Positions 55,088-64,000 of a stretch of 64,000 nt of DNA are shown here, piece after piece. Source of the DNA: Octopus sinensis (lineage: Eukaryota); the NCBI RefSeq assembly GCF_006345805.1, contig NC_043007.1, positions 38,688,001-38,752,000 on the forward strand, read 5' to 3'. Both the position numbers and the translations under genes were made by a program. Position 1 is the first letter of the stretch, and every line of letters begins with the position of its first letter. Below the pieces are notes generated by a model, which had not been told where the DNA came from, made no database searches, and saw only the letters and a list, made by a program, of their open reading frames with translations.

Positions 55088-57649
55088 TGTGTGTCTGAAT
55101 ACCAGCCTCTACATGGTTGTTCATCTTGCTAAAAACAATAACTAAACTTCTCATAGTTTTATTTCTTAAAAGTATTAGTTTTGGTAGAAGAAGAATTAGA
55201 GTTAGCAGTTCAATTCACATTTGATAGTTCTTAAAATATATTTTCTCTCTCTTTACTCAAGTAATTAATATCTTTTATTTTAATTTGTCTAATTACTGTT
55301 GTTTTTGTAGTTGTAGACTCTTAATTATTTGTTCTTTATCCCCAGGTCAGCTCTGAACAAGTAAACTTTTGATCAAAGGTGTTCCAGTCATTCTTGACCA
55401 GTGGTATTACTAGAACATGTGCTACCTTAGATGGTCCTTGACTTGCCATCCTCTCAAAGAAAAACACAATATGATACATATTAAAAGTGCCACCTGGAGC
55501 CTCCTTATCCCCATTTTAGGTATGCAAATATGACCAACCTATTCTTTTTTATGTGGAAGCGCAATGGCCCAGTGGTTAGGGCAGCAGACCTCGCGGTCGG
55601 AGGGTTGCGGTTTTGATTCCCAGACTGGGCATTGTATGTGTTTATTGAGCAAAAATACCTAAAAGCTCCACGAGGCTCCGGCAGGGGGTGATGGCGACCT
55701 CTATTGTACTCTTTCATCTCAACTTTCTCTCACTCTCTCTTCTTGTTTCTTGAGTAACGCTGCGATGGACTGGCGTCCCATCCAGCTGGGGGGAACACAT
55801 ATGCCACAGAAACCCGGAAACCGGGCCCATGAGCCTGGCTAGGCTTGATAAGGGCGATGTTTATCGTTTTTTTCTTCTTTTTTATAACTAAAATTACATT
55901 TGCAATTTGTCCTTGTTTTCATTAAGACATTAGGGTGAAAGTGGAGAAGATTTGGTTCCCACTTCTTGCAGACCAAACAACCATACAGAGGCATTCTATT
56001 GATAAACTGTGGTACACTTAAAGACATACATACTGTTTTGGTAACTCTGCTGGGCTGAAGAATCCATGCCATGCAATATTCCTCAGGTTCAAAGATACAG
56101 GAGGACCAATACAAGTCTGCAACACTGATATCTGGACATAGACAAAAAAATTAGTTGAGTCTCTTTGGATCAGTAGATACACGTATGTATGTATACGTAG
56201 CTATATTCTCTATCTCCTTCTTGTTCTCTCTCCCACTTGTCCTCTTTCCCTAGTTTTTATTTCTTTGTCCCTTTTTATCTCTTATCTCTTTCTTTTTCTC
56301 ATGTTGTTTGTTTGGTTCATTCTCTTTTTCTTTCATTATTTTGTTCTCTTTCCCGTGTTTTCTCTCTTGTTTTCTTATTTTCTCTCTCCCTCTCTCTATC
56401 ACATACACACCCACCTACACACATATATATATATATATATACACATACATATACTTGCTCACTCGCACACAGACACACATACAGACGTATACGCACACAC
56501 ATACCTACATGTATATACAGACATGCAAGCACACACACATGCATGCACACACACATGCATGCACGAACACACGCATGCATACACACATGCATGCATGCAC
56601 ACATGTATGCATGCACACACGCATGCATGCGCACATGCATGCACGTACACACGCATGCATGCACACACATTCAATTAACCAATCACATGACAATCCATAG
56701 TTGACTAATCATGAGAAATCATTCCCAGTGTTCAGCTCTGTACACCATAGCACTGGAGGATGTGATTAGTGACATTGTGAAGTGTGAAGAAAATTAGAAA
56801 AAAACTACTTACAATAACTTCACCAAAGACTTCTCTCAGCTCATTGGTAAGAAGCAGGTCTTTCAACTTTGCTGGACACTTTGTCCCTTTCTGCAGATAC
56901 ACCTACAACAATATAATTTAACAAATCACTGAGCTGATGATGAAGCTGCTTCATGCTTGAAATAACAGTCAAGTCTACCTCAAATTGCATCCTACCATCT
57001 TAAAACTATGGAAGGATACATTAGTTTAGTGGAATCCCCAGGTACACTAAAGTCTGAAATCAGTCCACAAGTTTTTCGAATCTAATGTGGGAACTGAACC
57101 ATGTGACTTTTACTTACAATGAAAATGTCAAAAGGATGGAACTTACATCTCCCAGAGATCTTTCCAATTGAGCTGTCACCAGTAACAATGACAACAAGGA
57201 GTTTACTGGACACGTGTCATGAAGTAGTTCAAAACTTTCCAGAAATAACTGCGAAAAGACAAAATGAGACATATATCTAAATTTATTAAAAATATTCATC
57301 ATCATCATCATCATCATCGTTTAATGTCTGTTTTCCACGCTAGCATGGGTTGACCGGTTCGACCGGGGTCTAGGAAGCCAAGGAGGCCGCACCAGGCTCC
57401 AGTCTGATCTGGCAGGGTTTCTACAGCTGGATGCCCTTCCTAACGCCAATCACTCCATGAGTGTAGTGGGTGCTTTTTACGTACCACTGGCACAGGTGCC
57501 AGGGGAGGCTGGCAAATGGCCATGATCGGTTGGTGCTTTTTACGTGTCACCGACACAGACGCCAGTCAGGCGGCACTGGCATCGGCCACGTTCGGATGGT
57601 GCTTTTTGCATGCCACTGGCACAGGTATCACGACTACAGTTTCCATTTG

Positions 57650-57723
<74 letters not shown>

Positions 57724-60561
57724 TATGTGTGAATATGTATGTGTTCATGTTTCCTTGTCTTGACATCACATGACTTCATTATATACCTTCTCTGTCACCA
57801 TTTCATTTTCTGAAAAGTTAATAATTTAGTTTAATGATATACAATGTTTAATAGGCCCTAGATTCATAACCATGTCATACTGATGACATCCAACTTCATT
57901 GAAATAGCAGCTATATATGAATGCTTGTGAAGGCATGTGGCCTAGTGCTTAGGCTGTTGCACACATGATTGCTAGATCAAGTGTTTGATTCCCAGACCAG
58001 ATGACACATTGTGTTCTTAAGCAAAACACTTCATTTCACGTTGCTCCAGTCCCACTTTGGGTCAGCGGGGAATGTTGGCCTGCTCACCTAGCCAGTAGGG
58101 TGGCGACATTTGAAGGATAAAACAGTGCAAAAGTGCATTGAGACCAGTAATGTGCAACAGCATCTGACAGTCTGGTCAGTCACACGATTACATGACATAA
58201 TATGAATGCTTAGGAGTGTATGATTTAAAGAAATATTAAAAGAAAATTCAGTCAGATTAATGCATAAAAATAATAATACTTTATTCCTTTCACATTACTA
58301 ATGAAAAAAAATATTTAATATGGGTCTCTTGTAAGACAATTCTGCAGGCATGACTGCATGGTTAACTTCACTTTCCAACTATGTGGTTTCAGGTTCAGTC
58401 CCACTGCTTGGCAACTTGGGCAAATGTTTTCTACTATAGCTCTGGGCCAAACAATGGCCTGTGAATGAATTTAGTAAAAAGAAATTTTGTGGAAATCCAT
58501 CTTATATATATATATATATATATAATATATATATATATAATATATATATATACACACATATATATATTGTGTGTTTGTGTGTGTGTGTAAGTTCCCATCC
58601 CTACTGCTTGACAACTAGTCTTGGTTGTTTATGTCTTTGTAACTGACTAGACATAAGTACCAGACTTCAAAGTAAGTACTGAGATTGATTTGTTTGACTG
58701 GAACCCTTCAAGGTGGTACCCCAGCATGGCCACAGTCCAATGACTGTAACAAGGAAAAGATAAAATACACACACACACATTATATTTTACAGATTGTTAA
58801 ATGCCTTTAGCATGAAGTCAGTGAACTTGAAAGATCAGTAAGACCTGTGTGACTCTTTAAACTCTTTTGATACCAATCCACCTGAGGAGACTGCTCCTGG
58901 TTTTGTGATATATAAAGTACCTGTCTTAAAGGGATCTTAATTAAAACCTTCCATAAAAATTTCACGATAATAGTATTTTAAACACGAGCTTCATAAGGAC
59001 AAAGTTATTTCACTAAATTTGTCATTATTTTTTTTCAAAATTAAGTGTAACAAAGGCTGCATTTCACCAGAAATATGGTTAACAGAAGTGTTAACCCTTT
59101 CGTTACTGTATTTATTTTGAGACGGTCTGTGCTTCTTTCAATTACTTTGAATATAACAAAAAATTTAGTAAAATGACTTAGTTACCATTCAGTTAGTATT
59201 AGGAACATAAATTGTGACTAAGGTTTGGTGGAAGATTTTAATTCAAAACTTATGAAAACAAGACATTAGTACTCAGAGCCAGAGCCGGTTTCAGCCGGGT
59301 TGGTAACGAAAGGGTTAAAGGAACCAGAACAAAGCACAGTTACATACAATTAAAAGAACTTACTTTGGTGTTCCCAGTCCATTTCAAATAGGGCGAGTAT
59401 CTTTCATTATACTGTGACAGCGTTAATGGACCAAGCTCATTCTGAAGATGTTTAAAACAAGGAGCTAAACACTGTATGCTGTTTCTGTAGTATTCGGTTG
59501 GATCTTCTTTTGCTGATAATACAAAGCAGAGATAAAGATTATAACTATCTACATTTGTGTGAGATTATGTGTGTATGGGTGCATGCATGTTTATATATAC
59601 ATATGCATGTGCATATAATTATAATTACACATATATATATATATATGTGTGTGTGTGTGAAACTATTAATCCAAAAACATTTTTTCTCCCATCATTGTTT
59701 TCTTTTCTTTCCTGAAAATTCTGTAAATAATAATAATAATAATAATAATTATAAGCTTAAAGCTTATAAGCATTCTTTGTGTATTGGCTAAAGAAAATAG
59801 TCTAATGCCTACTTTTTTCTATCAAGGGTTTATATGCCCCAATATTAGATTATTTTCTTTAGCCAATACATGGTGAATACTTATAATAATTATTATTTAC
59901 AGAAGTGTTAAAGGAACCAATGTCTTGTGAGTGGATTTGGTAGATGGAAACTGAAAGAAGCCCATTGTATATATATATATGTATACATATATATATATAT
60001 ACATACACGACAGGCTTCTTCCAGTTTCCATCTACTGAATCCACTCACAAGGATTTGGTCGGCCTGAGGCTAGAGTACACACTTACCCAGGGTGCCATGC
60101 AGTGGGGCTGAACCTGGAACCTGCATCTATATGTTCAACTGGAGTCTGTGTGTTTATGTCTCCAGAATTTAATGGTTTGGCAAAAAAGACCAACAGAATA
60201 AGTATTAAGCTTAAAATAAGTTTGGTGGGGTCGATTTGTTTGACTAAAGATCTGCAAGGCAGTGCCCCAGAATGGCCACAGTTTAATAACTGAAACAAGT
60301 GAAAGAAATGAACAAAAAATATATATAACTGTTATTTAATGACCAAAAGATCTGAAGCAATGATTTGTAAAGAAAATAAATCTTCTACTACTTACAAGCA
60401 GGCAAAATCTTAGAAATGTAGCTCCAATCAATAAAGCCATTATTTAGTAGACACCTGTTCTCTGGTACATCACTAACGCCTAAGTCACATACAACAGTGG
60501 ACACATTTGCAGACAGGAAACTTTCCATGGAAGTCACATCATATTCCTCTCTTGAAGCCAT
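35956..60561 (-). CDS. ERMARD: ER membrane-associated RNA degradation protein (ERMARD/C6orf70, DUF4209, two HEPN-like motifs); whole gene span, 18 coding exons, 715 aa
   Basis: 18 GT-AG-bounded exons with compatible phases total 2148 nt. The translation contains [67 protein letters not shown] and TSLDKNRW, matching the order of conserved blocks I recall in human ERMARD. Confidence 0.95.
38230..38343 (-). CDS. ERMARD: ERMARD coding exon 17 ([20 protein letters not shown]...KTAVV), hydrophobic segment
   Basis: tttcttcag| ... |gtaagt, 114 nt, phase 2 to 2. Confidence 0.92.
39313..39363 (-). ncRNA. Type I hammerhead ribozyme identical to the 25.3 kb copy, sense-oriented in ERMARD intron 16
   Basis: Exact reverse complement of 25349-25399. 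Confidence 0.75.
39580..40460. repeat. Degenerate (CA/TA)n array inside a SINE
   Basis: Seen directly. Confidence 0.93.
40824..41011 (-). CDS. ERMARD: ERMARD coding exon 16 (ASSESSTV...[16 protein letters not shown])
   Basis: ttttgtag| ... |gtcagc, 188 nt, phase 0 to 2; carries the LRSR motif. Confidence 0.9.
41850..42210 (+). mobile_element. 3' fragment of an RTE-like LINE
   Basis: [21 protein letters not shown]-terminal motif. Confidence 0.7.
42327..42426 (-). CDS. ERMARD: ERMARD coding exon 15 ([33 protein letters not shown])
   Basis: tatttcag| ... |gtaaat, 100 nt, phase 2 to 0. Confidence 0.85.
43293..43484 (-). CDS. ERMARD: ERMARD coding exon 14 ([10 protein letters not shown]...QQPPSPLF...SCKSELI)
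   Basis: ttttcag| ... |gtaaaa, 192 nt, phase 2 to 2. Only the upstream of two tandem AGs keeps the frame open. Confidence 0.82.
45162..45235 (-). CDS. ERMARD: ERMARD coding exon 13 ([24 protein letters not shown])
   Basis: tctctgtcag| ... |gtaagt, 74 nt, phase 0 to 2. Confidence 0.85.
46757..46837 (-). CDS. ERMARD: ERMARD coding exon 12 ([27 protein letters not shown])
   Basis: gatttcag| ... |gtaaat, 81 nt. Confidence 0.9.
47114..47284 (-). CDS. ERMARD: ERMARD coding exon 11 ([23 protein letters not shown]...ANFQK), HEPN motif 2
   Basis: catttcag| ... |gtagga, 171 nt. Confidence 0.95.
48610..48678 (-). CDS. ERMARD: ERMARD coding exon 10 ([23 protein letters not shown])
   Basis: ttttag| ... 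|gtaact, 69 nt. Confidence 0.93.
49263..49482. mobile_element. piggyBac-like TTAA MITE
   Basis: TTAA|CCCTTTAGTGTT ... AACACTAAAGGG|TTAA. Confidence 0.85.
49732..49961 (-). mobile_element. Young CpG-rich copy of the same SINE family nested in an older copy; many older copies, e.g. 14090-14500, 18900-19280, 32780-33770, 37570-38000
   Basis: TSD GTAATCGACTAGT(A/G)CC at 49716-49731 and 49962-49977. Confidence 0.88.
50386..50642. repeat. (CAT)/(CAC)/(CAA)/(CGC) trinucleotide mosaic
   Basis: Seen directly. Confidence 0.9.
50957..50986 (-). CDS. ERMARD: ERMARD coding exon 9, 30 nt ([10 protein letters not shown])
   Basis: ttttcag| ... |gtaaga; carries the LYTT motif. Confidence 0.93.
51232..51487 (-). 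mobile_element. 3' end of a CR1/L2-like LINE with (ATT)n tail
   Basis: Short C-terminal frame [15 protein letters not shown], then a 3'UTR and trinucleotide tail. Confidence 0.5.
52060..52162 (-). CDS. ERMARD: ERMARD coding exon 8 ([34 protein letters not shown])
   Basis: attatag| ... |gtaaca, 103 nt, phase 2 to 0. Confidence 0.95.
52205..52495. repeat. (GAT/GGT)n degenerate trinucleotide array
   Basis: Seen directly. Confidence 0.9.
52615..52732 (-). CDS. ERMARD: ERMARD coding exon 7 ([14 protein letters not shown]...[11 protein letters not shown])
   Basis: tgttag| ... |gtgagt, 118 nt, phase 1 to 2. Confidence 0.92.
52782..53001. mobile_element. piggyBac-like TTAA MITE (opposite orientation)
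   Basis: TTAA|CTCTTTAGCATT ... AATGCTGAAGGG|TTAA. Confidence 0.8.
53032..53420 (+). mobile_element. Long tRNA-derived SINE with an internal (TA)/(TG) microsatellite; other copies at 13100-13680(-), 22655-23245(-), 25580-25970, 39100-40690, 41053-41390, 43530-43930, 58345-58765
   Basis: Head GGCTGTGTGGTAAG...GGTTCAGTCC, core CCTTGGGCAAGTG, tail GACTGAAACAAGTAAAAGAGT, repeated across the window. Confidence 0.88.
54300..54590 (+). mobile_element. tRNA-derived SINE, third group; relatives at 5148-5470, 6025-6320, 45353-45605, 53700-54025(-), 55556-55860, 57930-58190
   Basis: A-box TGGCCTAGTGGTTAG and B-box GGTTCGAATT. Confidence 0.85.
54778..54908 (-). CDS. ERMARD: ERMARD coding exon 6 ([13 protein letters not shown]...KLLSHLLP)
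   Basis: ctttcttaag| ... |gtgagt, 131 nt, phase 2 to 1. Confidence 0.92.
56034..56131 (-). CDS. ERMARD: ERMARD coding exon 5 ([32 protein letters not shown]), HEPN motif 1
   Basis: gtccag| ... |gtatgt, 98 nt, phase 0 to 2. Confidence 0.95.
56455..56670. repeat. (CA)n/(TGCA)n alternating purine-pyrimidine repeat
   Basis: Seen directly. Confidence 0.9.
56813..56902 (-). CDS. ERMARD: ERMARD coding exon 4 ([30 protein letters not shown])
   Basis: ttgtag| ... |gtaagt, 90 nt. Confidence 0.95.
57147..57248 (-). CDS. ERMARD: ERMARD coding exon 3 (LFLESFELL...[11 protein letters not shown])
   Basis: ttttcgcag| ... |gtaagt, 102 nt, phase 0 to 0. Confidence 0.95.
57297..57645 (-). mobile_element. 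Short RTE-tail-type repeat ending in (GAT)n; copies at 5820-5985, 34988-35192, 36265-36540, 63200-63420
   Basis: Shared GGTTGGCGTTAGGAAGGGCATCCAGC...AACCCATGCTAGCATGGAAAGCGGACGTTAAACGATGATG block. Confidence 0.8.
59095..59314. mobile_element. Second piggyBac-like MITE family, next to an older copy at about 58860-59090
   Basis: TTAA|CCCTTTCGTTAC ... GTAACGAAAGGG|TTAA perfect TIR. Confidence 0.88.
59364..59512 (-). CDS. ERMARD: ERMARD coding exon 2 ([17 protein letters not shown]...[13 protein letters not shown])
   Basis: tatcag| ... |gtaagt, 149 nt, phase 1 to 0. Confidence 0.92.
59719..59903. repeat. Foldback palindrome in an ERMARD intron
   Basis: TGTATTGGCTAAAGAAAATA/TATTTTCTTTAGCCAATACA and TTCTGTAAATAATAAT/ATTATTATTTACAGAA. 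Confidence 0.8.
60396..60561 (-). CDS. ERMARD: ERMARD coding exon 1 ([28 protein letters not shown]...[11 protein letters not shown])
   Basis: Acceptor cacag|AA ATG (exon starts 60563); donor T|gtaagt, phase 1. An upstream 5' exon was not located. Confidence 0.88.
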
Positions 60562-61744
60562 TTCTGTGGATGTAATTTCAGAAATTACATTCATACAGTG
60601 AATGTAAATAATAATCCCTCATGAATACAGATATTGGTTTCAAATTTTGGTACAAGGACAGGTAAGTTCAAGGGAGGGAGATAAGTCAATTACATCGACC
60701 CCAGGGCTCATTAGATACTTATTTTATTGACCCTATAAAGATGACAGGCAAAGTGGACTTCAGTGTGTGTGTGTGTGTGTGTGTGTGTTTATGTGTGTGT
60801 GCCTTTGTGTCTGTGTTTGTCCCCCACTACTATTTGGCAACTGGTGTTGGTTTGTATATGTCTCCGTAACTTAGTGTTTGACAAAAGAGACTGATAGAAT
60901 TAATATCAGGTTTTAAAAAACATAAGTGCTGGGGGCTGATTCATTCAACTAAAAATTCTTCAAGGTGATGCCCCAGCATGACCACAGTTTTACAACTGAG
61001 ACAAATAAAAGGATATAAAGAAAAATACATAACATCATCATCATTGTTTTAACATCCAATTTCCTACGTACAGAATATGTTGAGGCAGACTTTCTATGGA
61101 CAGATACACTTCCTGTCACTAATCCTCATCTGTTGCCACCCAAGATAAATAAACCCTTTGTCTATCAACAGCCTGGTAATGGCTGGTAAACTGAGCCTGA
61201 TTTTCTTTTGAATATTCACTGTCTGTGTGAATATTTTTGAAATATGAAATGCAGGCTTGGCATATTTAATAATAGTTTGACTTAGCTCATCACACAAACC
61301 TAGCTCCTCTGGCTTAGGTAATTGAAGCCTGAAGAACAAGATTCATGTAATAAGTCTATGAAACTTTAAGTTGTATGGAGCTGAATGAAACAATTAATTT
61401 TATGCTAATATATCTACTCCTACCAAATGTATTGAGTGCCTCTTTCTTTCATTTGTCCATTCACTCATATGTGTGTGTGTGTATGTCATCATTTAATGTC
61501 CGTTTTCCATACTGGCATATGTTGGGCAGCTTGACAGGAACTGGTAAGACCAGGGGCCACACCAGATTCCATAGTCTGTTTTGACTTGGTTTCTATAGCT
61601 GAATGCCCTTCCTAATGCCAAACACTCCACGGAGTGTACTGGGTGCTTTTTATATGGGACTATCACAGGTGCTTTTTAAATGGCACTGGCTCCCACACCT
61701 ATGCTGTTTATGTGGCACCTTGGTTTTATGATCTCAATTCTGTT

Positions 61745-63090
61745 GTGGTGGGTGGGTCTTCTCAAGTACATCAATGCGCTACATACCTCAGTCCTCTGTC
61801 ATCTCCTTCATAAGATTCAGTGTTTTGAGATTGGCTTTCAAAACTTCACCTCATGTCTTCCTGGGTTTCCCTCTTCCATAACTTCCTTGCACTTTAAGTG
61901 ATTGGTACTTCTTTATGCATCTGTCCTTATCCATCCACATCACATAGCCAAACCAGTGCAGTCTCCTCACTTGCACACTGCATATAATTCCTCTTATGCT
62001 CAACTTCTTCAATACACCAAAGCTCACTGACATCATACATCCAGCAGAGCATACCAGTTTCATTTCTCTTCAGCCTTTGCATGTCCTCTGCATTCAGGGC
62101 CCTTGTCTTACTAACATGCAGCATTGCAGTTCATACACATGCATCATACAATCTTCCCTTCACTTGGAGAGAGAGATCTTTGGTTGCCAACAGAGGTAAA
62201 AGCTCTCTGAACTTACTTTATTCTATTCTTATTCTAGTAATTACACTTTCTGTACAACCTCCTCCACTGCTAATTAGGTAACAAAATTTATCTATAACTC
62301 CCAGAGAGCAACTGGGACATTTAAAGAAATATGTTTCCGGTGCATCTGTGGTCTTTATGGATCCATATATCTTCCACTACTATTTTCTCTGTTAATCTTC
62401 CAACTATTCTGCTGCACCTCATGTGTCCATAGCTTGCATTGGGTACACTAAATGGAATTTATGCCTACATCCTCCCTACATATCAAGCAGGGCCATTTAC
62501 CTGTTGGTGAAGGTTCTGTCCGATTTCTTGCTTACTCGGACCTTGGTCTTTGCTAAGTTCACTTTAAAACCCTTTGATTCCAGGTTCTGTTTCCACACCT
62601 GAAATTTCTTTTCTAATTCTGTTAGATTCTGCTATGAGGGCGAGATCATCAGCAAGGAGTTCCCATAGGCTTCCAGTCTTAAATACCTCTGTTATGGCCT
62701 AGAGGATGATGATGAACAAGAGGAGGCTGAGGACCAACCCTTGGTGGACACCTACCTGTACACTAAATTCATCAGCATATCTATGACCAACTCTTACCTT
62801 ACTAACAGTACTTCTGTACATGGCCTGTACTGCCTTCACAAGCCATTTGTGTATCCTTAGCTTCCTCAGGGGCCCCATATCACAAAGCAGGGTACTCTAT
62901 CGAAGGCTTTCTCTAGATCAACAAATGCCAAGTACAACAGCTTGTTCTTAGCTAAATAATTCTCTAGCACTTGCCAGGATAAACCTGGATTGTATTTCAT
63001 CTAGTCTAATTCTGTTCCTTTTACTGTCTCTGCAACCTTCATCACCTGGTCCAGCAATCTGATGCCTCTATAATTACTTCTATCAAAGGA
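61745..63090 (-). mobile_element. Decayed RTE-clade LINE, same family as the 21.1-22.2 kb element
   Basis: LAFVDLEKAFDRVP, VGVHQG, ELLADDLAL, GLKVNLAKTKV, RRLHWFGYV, RGKPRKT. Confidence 0.9.
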
Positions 63091-64000
63091 TTCATTAGAA
63101 TCTAGGCACAGCAACACATAAGATGCCAGAACTGGCTGAGTACAATAACAGGGTTCACTGTGAGGGAAAACAACCATTTACACACACACACACGTGTGTG
63201 TGTCGTCGTCGTCATCGTTTAACATCCGTTTTCCATGCTAGCATGGGTTGGACGGTTCGATCGGGGTCTGGGAAGCCAGGAGGCTGCACCAGGCACCAGT
63301 CTGATCTGGCAGTGTTTCTACAGCTGGATGCCCTTCTTAACGCCAACCACTCCCTGAGTGTAGTAGGTGCTTTTTACGTGCCACCGGCACAGGGGCCAGA
63401 GGAGGCTGGCAAACGGCTTGTATGTATGTATATAGCTTGACTGATTTAGAGACTGAACTCATGCTCACTAACTGAACTAAAGCACTTAGCACTTGATACT
63501 TAATCCTTATATTCCCTATCCCATTCTCTTCTTCCTTACCATCATCATCATCGCTTAATGTCCATTTTCCTGTGATTTTATGAGTCTGACAATGTTTATT
63601 GCAACAGATTTTCTATGGTTGGATGCTCTTTCTGTTGTCAACCCTCACTTGTTTCCAAGTAAGGTAATACTTCCCCATAGTGGAGATGTATTTGCAGAAT
63701 ACTGTAAATGAGCGACACAGCTTGCATGACGGTGATTCTCATTTACAACTATCACGTGATGTCAGGACAAGGAGACGAACAAACATGCATGCAAATATAT
63801 AGACATACATACACCTACCCACCTGTCTACTTACCCAACTGCCGAAACTTAGATCGGAGTTGAAACCTCATGTTGTATGCTTTAATTTTTTTAAAAGAAA
63901 TATAATGTCTTAGTTTATTCTGTTAATTACAGAATAATCTTAGTTATTTGGTAAATATCTCAAAGAGAATGATTTTTTGTATTCCCATGTATTAAGATAT

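Noticed and set aside
61094-61339. 81-aa minus-strand ORF upstream of ERMARD as a possible first exon
   Set aside because: No recognisable homology, a weak donor, and a phase incompatible with the exon at 60563.

Overview
AT-rich eukaryotic genomic DNA packed with microsatellites and SINEs. The repeat families look like octopus (coleoid cephalopod), which is an inference. Two protein-coding genes can be read. (1) A complete 18-coding-exon ERMARD/C6orf70 orthologue on the minus strand (ATG 60561 to TGA 35956, 2148 nt, 715 aa), assembled by hand. All exon phases join, and both HEPN-type Rx4H motifs are intact (RNIAWH and RDRVSH). (2) An intronless class A GPCR on the minus strand (18517-17345, 390 aa). 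The rest is decayed mariner, L1/Tx1, RTE and CR1-like elements, several tRNA-derived SINE families, TTAA and 8-bp-TSD MITEs, and simple repeats. The least explained signal is a set of type I hammerhead ribozyme motifs from about five unrelated short repeat families, mostly embedded in (TA)n tracts or foldback arrangements. One family has a tRNA-derived head and a hammerhead tail, and one intact hammerhead lies sense-oriented in an ERMARD intron. Also noted: a duplicated splice acceptor that could give a truncated ERMARD, an inverted repeat flanking an ERMARD exon, and orphan microexon candidates.
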